From contig JBDHKN010000001.1 in assembly GCA_039586365.1 (NCBI GenBank), positions 1-64,000 on the forward strand: a stretch of DNA of 64,000 bases, in the 5' to 3' direction. The translations under genes were made by a program, and so were the position numbers. The notes under the pieces were generated by a model. It saw only the letters and a program-made list of their open reading frames with translations, was not told the DNA's origin and did no database searches. Shown in pieces: positions 58,966-64,000 of the stretch; the first letter of the stretch is position 1, and the number at the start of each line of letters is the position of its first letter. This stretch comes from Gemmatimonadota bacterium. Lineage in GTDB: Bacteria; Gemmatimonadota; Gemmatimonadetes; Gemmatimonadales; GWC2-71-9.

Positions 58966-60861
58966 ATGCGACTATCTTCCCCCCTCATGTTGCCCAGTTA
59001 CGATGTGATTGTGATCGGCGGTGGCCATGCAGGTGCCGAAGCTGCGTGCGCTGCTTCCCGGTTCGGCCTACGCGTCTTGTTGCTCACGTCCAATCTGGAG
59101 ACGATTGGGCAAATGTCGTGCAATCCAGCCATTGGGGGGATTGCCAAGGGGACTCTGGTGCGTGAGATAGATGCGATGGGTGGTGTGATGGGTCGTGCGG
59201 CGGATCGTGCGATGATTCAATTCAGGATGCTCAACCGATCAAAAGGTCCCGCGGTCTGGGCGCCACGGGCGCAGTGCGACCGAGGTCTGTACCGCCGTGC
59301 CGTGCGGAGTCTGCTGGAGGAGCAGCCGACCCTGGAGCTGTATCAAGGCACTGTCGCGTCACTGTTGTTTAGTGGCGCCACGGTGAGAGGGGTAACGACC
59401 ACAGATGGTAGTAGGGTTCTGGGAAGGACGGTGGTCCTAACGGCGGGGACATTCCTGCGAGGCGAGATCCATCTTGGCACGGATACGAGAATCGCAGGCG
59501 GACGCGCAGGGGATCCTGCCGTGGTGGACCTCGCTGAACAACTGGAGGCGATGGGACTTCGTGTCGACCGGTTCAAGACGGGGACCCCCCCGAGAATCGA
59601 CTCGCGTTCTGTGGACCTGAGTCGGTTGCAGAGACAGGACGGGGAGTCCCAGGCCTATCGGTTTTCGCAGTTCGTCCAGGCGGATCGTCCCGAGCAACGT
59701 CCGTGCTGGATAACGTGGGCGGGTGCCGAAGTACGCGCAGTCATCGAACGTCACCTGAACGAGTCAGCCCTCTACGGAGGTGCGATTTCTGGACGGGGAC
59801 CAAGATACTGTCCTTCAATAGAAGACAAGATTGTGCGGTTCCCGGACGCAGGACGCCACCAGGTGTTTCTCGAGCCGGAGGGACTCGACACCACGGAGCT
59901 GTACGTCAACGGGCTCTCCACCTCGCTGCCGCTTGCGGTGCAACAGGAGTATCTGCGAGCAGTGCCAGGATTGGAGCAGGTGCGGATGACTCGGCCGGGC
60001 TACGCGATTGAGTACGACTACTATCCACCGGACCAACTCAAGCCGTGGCTGGAGGCGAAGACCCTGGAGGGGTTGTTCTTCGCGGGCCAGATCAATGGGA
60101 CGACCGGTTATGAAGAGGCAGGTGCACAAGGAGTCGTCGCTGGCATCAACGCCGCCAACCGAGTCCGGGGCAGAGAACCTTTTGTGCTGGGGCGGGACGA
60201 CGCCTATATGGGAGTGCTGGTGGACGACCTGGTCACCCGCGGAGTGGACGAACCGTATCGCATGTTCACTTCGCGAGCAGAGTTTCGCCTCCTGCTGCGT
60301 CAGGACAACGCTCTGAGGCGTGTGGGGCAGACGGCGCGGGATCTAGGGATGCTCCACGAGGCAGAGGAGGAGGTCCTAGAGCGGCGGTTGGACGAAGAGA
60401 GTCTGTTGCTCTCGCTGGCGCGCGAAACGGCGATTGATGCGGAAGCTGCCAACCGGCTTCTTAGGGCGGTAGGGGAGACATGTGTCGACGAAGCCCAGCG
60501 CATTGCGGTGCTCACTCGCCGTCCTCGCGTGGCACTCCGCGACCTGGCAGAAGCTGCTTGCTCGAGTTTGCCAGAGTGCTCGGAGGACGCGTGGATTTCG
60601 ACTGAGATTGAACTCAAGTACGTCGGGTATCTGGAGCGCGAGCGGCGAGCGGTGCGCAAGCTGGAAGAGTTGGTCGATTTCAGACTGCCGTTTGATCTGC
60701 CGTATCAACGTCTTAGCAGTCTAAGCACGGAAGCTCGTCAGAAGCTGGATCACATACGTCCGGAGTCGCTTGCGCAGGCAAGCCGAATCCCTGGGGTATC
60801 GCCAGCAGATCTTCAGAACCTGGTTCTTGAGGTGTTGCGGCACGGGCAGAACGTGGCGTAG
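58966..60861 (+). CDS. mnmG: tRNA uridine 5-carboxymethylaminomethyl modification enzyme MnmG (alternative start 58987)
   Basis: GGGHAGAEA, MSCNPAIGG, GPRYCPSIEDK, AGQINGTTGYEEA. Confidence 0.98.
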   Translation: MRLSSPLMLPSYDVIVIGGGHAGAEAACAASRFGLRVLLLTSNLETIGQMSCNPAIGGIAKGTLVREIDAMGGVMGRAADRAMIQFRMLNRSKGPAVWAPRAQCDRGLYRRAVRSLLEEQPTLELYQGTVASLLFSGATVRGVTTTDGSRVLGRTVVLTAGTFLRGEIHLGTDTRIAGGRAGDPAVVDLAEQLEAMGLRVDRFKTGTPPRIDSRSVDLSRLQRQDGESQAYRFSQFVQADRPEQRPCWITWAGAEVRAVIERHLNESALYGGAISGRGPRYCPSIEDKIVRFPDAGRHQVFLEPEGLDTTELYVNGLSTSLPLAVQQEYLRAVPGLEQVRMTRPGYAIEYDYYPPDQLKPWLEAKTLEGLFFAGQINGTTGYEEAGAQGVVAGINAANRVRGREPFVLGRDDAYMGVLVDDLVTRGVDEPYRMFTSRAEFRLLLRQDNALRRVGQTARDLGMLHEAEEEVLERRLDEESLLLSLARETAIDAEAANRLLRAVGETCVDEAQRIAVLTRRPRVALRDLAEAACSSLPECSEDAWISTEIELKYVGYLERERRAVRKLEELVDFRLPFDLPYQRLSSLSTEARQKLDHIRPESLAQASRIPGVSPADLQNLVLEVLRHGQNVA

Positions 60862-60869
60862 GGTTCAGC

Positions 60870-60885
60870 CGTTTCACGTGAAACA
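60870..60885. promoter_or_regulatory. parS site 1
   Basis: CGTTTCACGTGAAACA, 15/16 match to TGTTTCACGTGAAACA. Confidence 0.92.
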
Positions 60886-60910
60886 ACTGAGAATCCAGAG
60901 GCGTACAACC

Positions 60911-60926
60911 TGTTTCACGTGGAACG
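60911..60926. promoter_or_regulatory. parS site 2
   Basis: TGTTTCACGTGGAACG. Confidence 0.9.
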
Positions 60927-61046
60927 CTCAACACTCCCCGTGCTTTACCGCTTCCAACCGCAACGATATATTCCCGCTCGACTTGGTTAGCACAGGGTGT
61001 CGGCCAGCAGTATCGTCAAGTTCTTGCCATCAAAGGATTTACGCCA

Positions 61047-61865
61047 ATGGGGAGAGTTGTCGCGGTCGCCAATCAAAAAGGTGGCGTTGGCAAAACCACC
61101 ACGGCGGTCAACCTTGCCGCGTCGTTAGCAGCAGCAGAATCGTCCACTTTGCTGGTTGATGCCGATCCCCAGGCCAACGCTACCAGTGGCATCGGGTTGG
61201 ACAAAAAAGCCATCGAGGCATCCATGTACGACGTCCTCATGGCCGGCGAGCCGCTGACTGATATTCTCCGGACGGTGGAGAACCTGCCGGCGCTGGAGGT
61301 AGCACCAGCGACTCAGGACCTTGTGGGTGCGGAGATCGAGCTGGTAAACAGGCCCGGTCGGGAGTCGTTCATGCGGCAGGCTCTGGAACCGTTGCGCGAC
61401 CGTTACGAGTTCGTATTGATCGACTGCCCTCCGTCTCTTGGGCTGCTCACTCTGAACATGCTCGCGACGGCGGACTCCGTCCTGATTCCGATCCAGTGCG
61501 AGTACTACGCCCTTGAGGGACTCTCTCAGCTACTCAATACCGTGAACCTCGTTCAACGGAATTTCAATCCAGATCTAGCAATAGAAGGCGTACTGCTGAC
61601 CATGTACGACCCGCGCCTGAACCTGTCCAGGCAGGTTAGTGTCGAAGCGCGCGAGTACTTCGGCGGAAAGGTCTACCGGACCGTGATTCCGCGCAATGTG
61701 CGACTTGCCGAGGCTCCGAGTTTCGGCAAGCCGATCATTCTTTACGACGTGAGATCGATCGGTGCCAAGAGCTATTTGTCATTGGCGCAGGAGTTCGCAG
61801 CTCGAGTAAGCGATCCTGGGCTGATCGACAGCCGCTCAGGGTTGGTGAGGCGGGTACCCGCATGA
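61047..61865 (+). CDS. parA: Chromosome partitioning ATPase ParA/Soj
   Basis: [47 protein letters not shown]. Confidence 0.97.
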   Translation: MGRVVAVANQKGGVGKTTTAVNLAASLAAAESSTLLVDADPQANATSGIGLDKKAIEASMYDVLMAGEPLTDILRTVENLPALEVAPATQDLVGAEIELVNRPGRESFMRQALEPLRDRYEFVLIDCPPSLGLLTLNMLATADSVLIPIQCEYYALEGLSQLLNTVNLVQRNFNPDLAIEGVLLTMYDPRLNLSRQVSVEAREYFGGKVYRTVIPRNVRLAEAPSFGKPIILYDVRSIGAKSYLSLAQEFAARVSDPGLIDSRSGLVRRVPA

Positions 61866-62752
61866 CCGCGCAGTCAAAACGCAGTCGCCTGGGACGAGGG
61901 TTAGAGGCGCTACTGGGGCCTGTGACGACCGAGGATGCAGAGGAGTCGGGTGAGTTGCTGCAGATCCCAGTGCAGGCCATACGACCCAATCCGTTCCAAC
62001 CGCGTCATGTTTTCGATGACGATGCAATCCAGGACCTAGCAAACTCGCTGCGCACCGCCGGATTGCTGCAGCCGATCGTGCTGCGTCCCACGAATGGTGG
62101 GACCTACGAGTTGATTGCAGGCGAGCGGCGTTGGCGAGCAGCGTTTGCTTTGGGCTGGGAACGTATCGGAGCAGTGATACGCGATGTTGATGACCGAACG
62201 CTCCTCACGCTGGCGTTGGTGGAGAATCTACAGCGTGATGCGCTCTCACCAATTGACGAAGCAAATGGCTACCGCCGACTCGTAGAGGACTTCAACGCGT
62301 CGCAGAGTGAGGTTGCCGAGCTTGTCGGCCGGGATCGGTCCACCGTAGCAAACGCGCTGCGCTTGCTCAAGCTACCACCGAGCGTGCAACAGATGGTCCA
62401 CCGCGGAGAGCTGGACATGGGACATGCCAGGGCACTGCTCCAACTCACCGATGGTTCACGGATGGAGCGCCTTGCTCTTGCCGTGATCGAGCAAGGCTTG
62501 TCTGTGCGGGAAACCGAAGCGCAGGCGCGCGATCGCAGGGTGCCTCGGCGGAGGGAGAGAACACCAAAGAGCGGTCGCAAGATCTCACCGGAGGCGCGGC
62601 GCGTTGAGGATTCACTGCGGAAGTATCTCGGCACCGACGTATTCGTTACCGAGAGGGCAAATGGCAGCGGTCGCTTGGCGATCAGTTTCTACTCCAACTC
62701 CGACCTCGCTCGCCTACTGGAACTGCTGTTGGGCGAGCCATTCCAAGGATGA
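61862..62752 (+). CDS. parB: Chromosome partitioning protein ParB
   Basis: [29 protein letters not shown]. Confidence 0.97.
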   Translation: MTAQSKRSRLGRGLEALLGPVTTEDAEESGELLQIPVQAIRPNPFQPRHVFDDDAIQDLANSLRTAGLLQPIVLRPTNGGTYELIAGERRWRAAFALGWERIGAVIRDVDDRTLLTLALVENLQRDALSPIDEANGYRRLVEDFNASQSEVAELVGRDRSTVANALRLLKLPPSVQQMVHRGELDMGHARALLQLTDGSRMERLALAVIEQGLSVRETEAQARDRRVPRRRERTPKSGRKISPEARRVEDSLRKYLGTDVFVTERANGSGRLAISFYSNSDLARLLELLLGEPFQG

Positions 62753-63573
62753 CCACGCCGAGACGGACCGCGACTGTGATATTCCATAAGGACGGCGATC
62801 CGGCTTCAAGGACATTCCGGATTCCCCTGTGGACGTTGCGACTCGGCACGATCGTCGGGATTACCATAGGAGCCCTCCTGGTCTTGGGCGCCGTTCTCTA
62901 CACTCCCCTGGTACGAACTGCTGCGAGGGTCCCGGGACTAGTGCATGATGTCGAGCAACTGACGGCCGAAAACCAGCAGGTCTTGGAGGTCGTCGCGCGG
63001 CTAGAGCATGTAGAAGATCGCTACGAGCAAATAAGGAGCATGCTGGGTGGCGATTTGGTACCCGAGCTGCAAAGGCCGGAGGGCGCGCTGACTACGGCAC
63101 GACCCCAGTATGCTCGTGCGCCTGGCGCGCCAGCGTGCTATGAAGCTGGTGCCACAGTCCCTCGGCATTGGCCGCTTGGTCAGCCCGGAGTTGTCACTCG
63201 TGGCCCAGTCGGCGCAGGTAGTTCGGAGGAAGTCCATGCGGGTCTCGATATTGCCGTGGCGCAGCGGACGCCGATAAGAGCGGCGGGTGGTGGTATGGTC
63301 AGCGGTGTGGGTGACGATCCGGAGTATGGCCTTTTCGTCAGGATCGACCATCCGGAAGGCTACCAGACAATGTATGGACACGCATCGCGGCTGTTGGTGT
63401 CACTCGGTGACTCCGTGCACGCGGGACAAGTCGTGGGGCTTTCCGGCACGACCGGTAGGTCAACTGCCCCGCATCTACATTTCGAGGTCCGCCGAGACGG
63501 TCAGCCGATCGACCCCAGTGCATTGGTGAGTTTGGAGTGTACGTATGGCGATATTCTCGTCCGTGGAGGGTGA
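62749..63573 (+). CDS. M23 family peptidase (TM + coiled coil + LytM)
   Basis: HAGLD, YGH, STAPHLHFE. Confidence 0.92.
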   Translation: MTTPRRTATVIFHKDGDPASRTFRIPLWTLRLGTIVGITIGALLVLGAVLYTPLVRTAARVPGLVHDVEQLTAENQQVLEVVARLEHVEDRYEQIRSMLGGDLVPELQRPEGALTTARPQYARAPGAPACYEAGATVPRHWPLGQPGVVTRGPVGAGSSEEVHAGLDIAVAQRTPIRAAGGGMVSGVGDDPEYGLFVRIDHPEGYQTMYGHASRLLVSLGDSVHAGQVVGLSGTTGRSTAPHLHFEVRRDGQPIDPSALVSLECTYGDILVRGG

Positions 63574-63988
63574 CGGTATGGCAAACAGCCAAGGACGTGG
63601 TCAGGGTCGGGATGCCGCTCTGTCAATTGTCGCAGGCGATCTGACGGTAATCGGTGAATTGAAAACCGACGGCGTCGTCAAAGTGGATGGCGTGGTCGAA
63701 GGCAATGTCAAGGCCGGACGCCAAGTGCTGGTTTCCAGGGGTGGAGTTGTCAAAGGAGATCTCTTCACGAACGAAGCCATCATCGGGGGCCGCGTTGAGG
63801 GTTCTATACATGCGGCCGAGCGCGCGGAGATCCAAGCGACCTCGACGGTGCAGGGCGACATCGTGACCAAGAGGATCTTGGTTCATGAAGGCGGAGAGGT
63901 TAACGGCAATGTGAGGATGGGAGATTCAAAGGCTCTCAGCCGTACCTCGGAACCGGCCGTCAAGGCGGTGCACGCCTCGTCCAAATAG
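63545..63988 (+). CDS. Bactofilin (polymer-forming cytoskeletal protein)
   Basis: SIVAGDLTVIGEL...VDGVVEGNV...GRVEGSI...VQGDI...GEVNG beta-helix repeats. Confidence 0.93.
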   Translation: MAIFSSVEGDGMANSQGRGQGRDAALSIVAGDLTVIGELKTDGVVKVDGVVEGNVKAGRQVLVSRGGVVKGDLFTNEAIIGGRVEGSIHAAERAEIQATSTVQGDIVTKRILVHEGGEVNGNVRMGDSKALSRTSEPAVKAVHASSK

Positions 63989-64000
63989 GTTCCTATCACC

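Noticed and set aside
1..64000. CRISPR array, IS/transposase, integrase, prophage or known defence system
   Set aside because: No repeat-spacer array and no recombinase, transposase, phage structural or defence motifs recognised in the ORFs.

Overview
Origin-of-replication region of a high-GC diderm bacterium, most plausibly Gemmatimonadota (inferred from the Hanks kinase/TolB-propeller fusion, the beta-propeller lipoprotein and the general gene style; not confirmed by search). Core content: tRNA-Phe, an ECF sigma/anti-sigma pair, holA-SPOR-mutS-tonB-like, queD-ddl, mnmE-yidC-yidD-rnpA-rpmH divergent from dnaA-oriC-dnaN, RNase P RNA, pyrE, polA, a sufR-sufBCDSU-Rieske operon, and mnmG-2x parS-parA-parB-M23 peptidase-bactofilin. 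I found no CRISPR array, integrase, transposase or prophage. The most notable observations are: (1) a 25/26-nt copy of the tRNA-Phe anticodon/T-arm segment at 154-179 that brackets a ~3.2 kb integrase-less kinase islet; (2) a frameshifting deletion at the 3' end of sufB; (3) an uncharacterised cassette of two paralogous membrane proteins plus a winged-helix regulator with tandem palindromic operators; (4) parS-parAB overlapping in series with an M23 peptidase and a bactofilin; (5) a sigma54-type promoter in front of an ECF sigma factor; (6) a soluble kinase with a MinD-like C-terminal amphipathic tail, divergent from a lytic transglycosylase; and (7) several small decayed gene remnants. All family calls come from motif recognition by eye.
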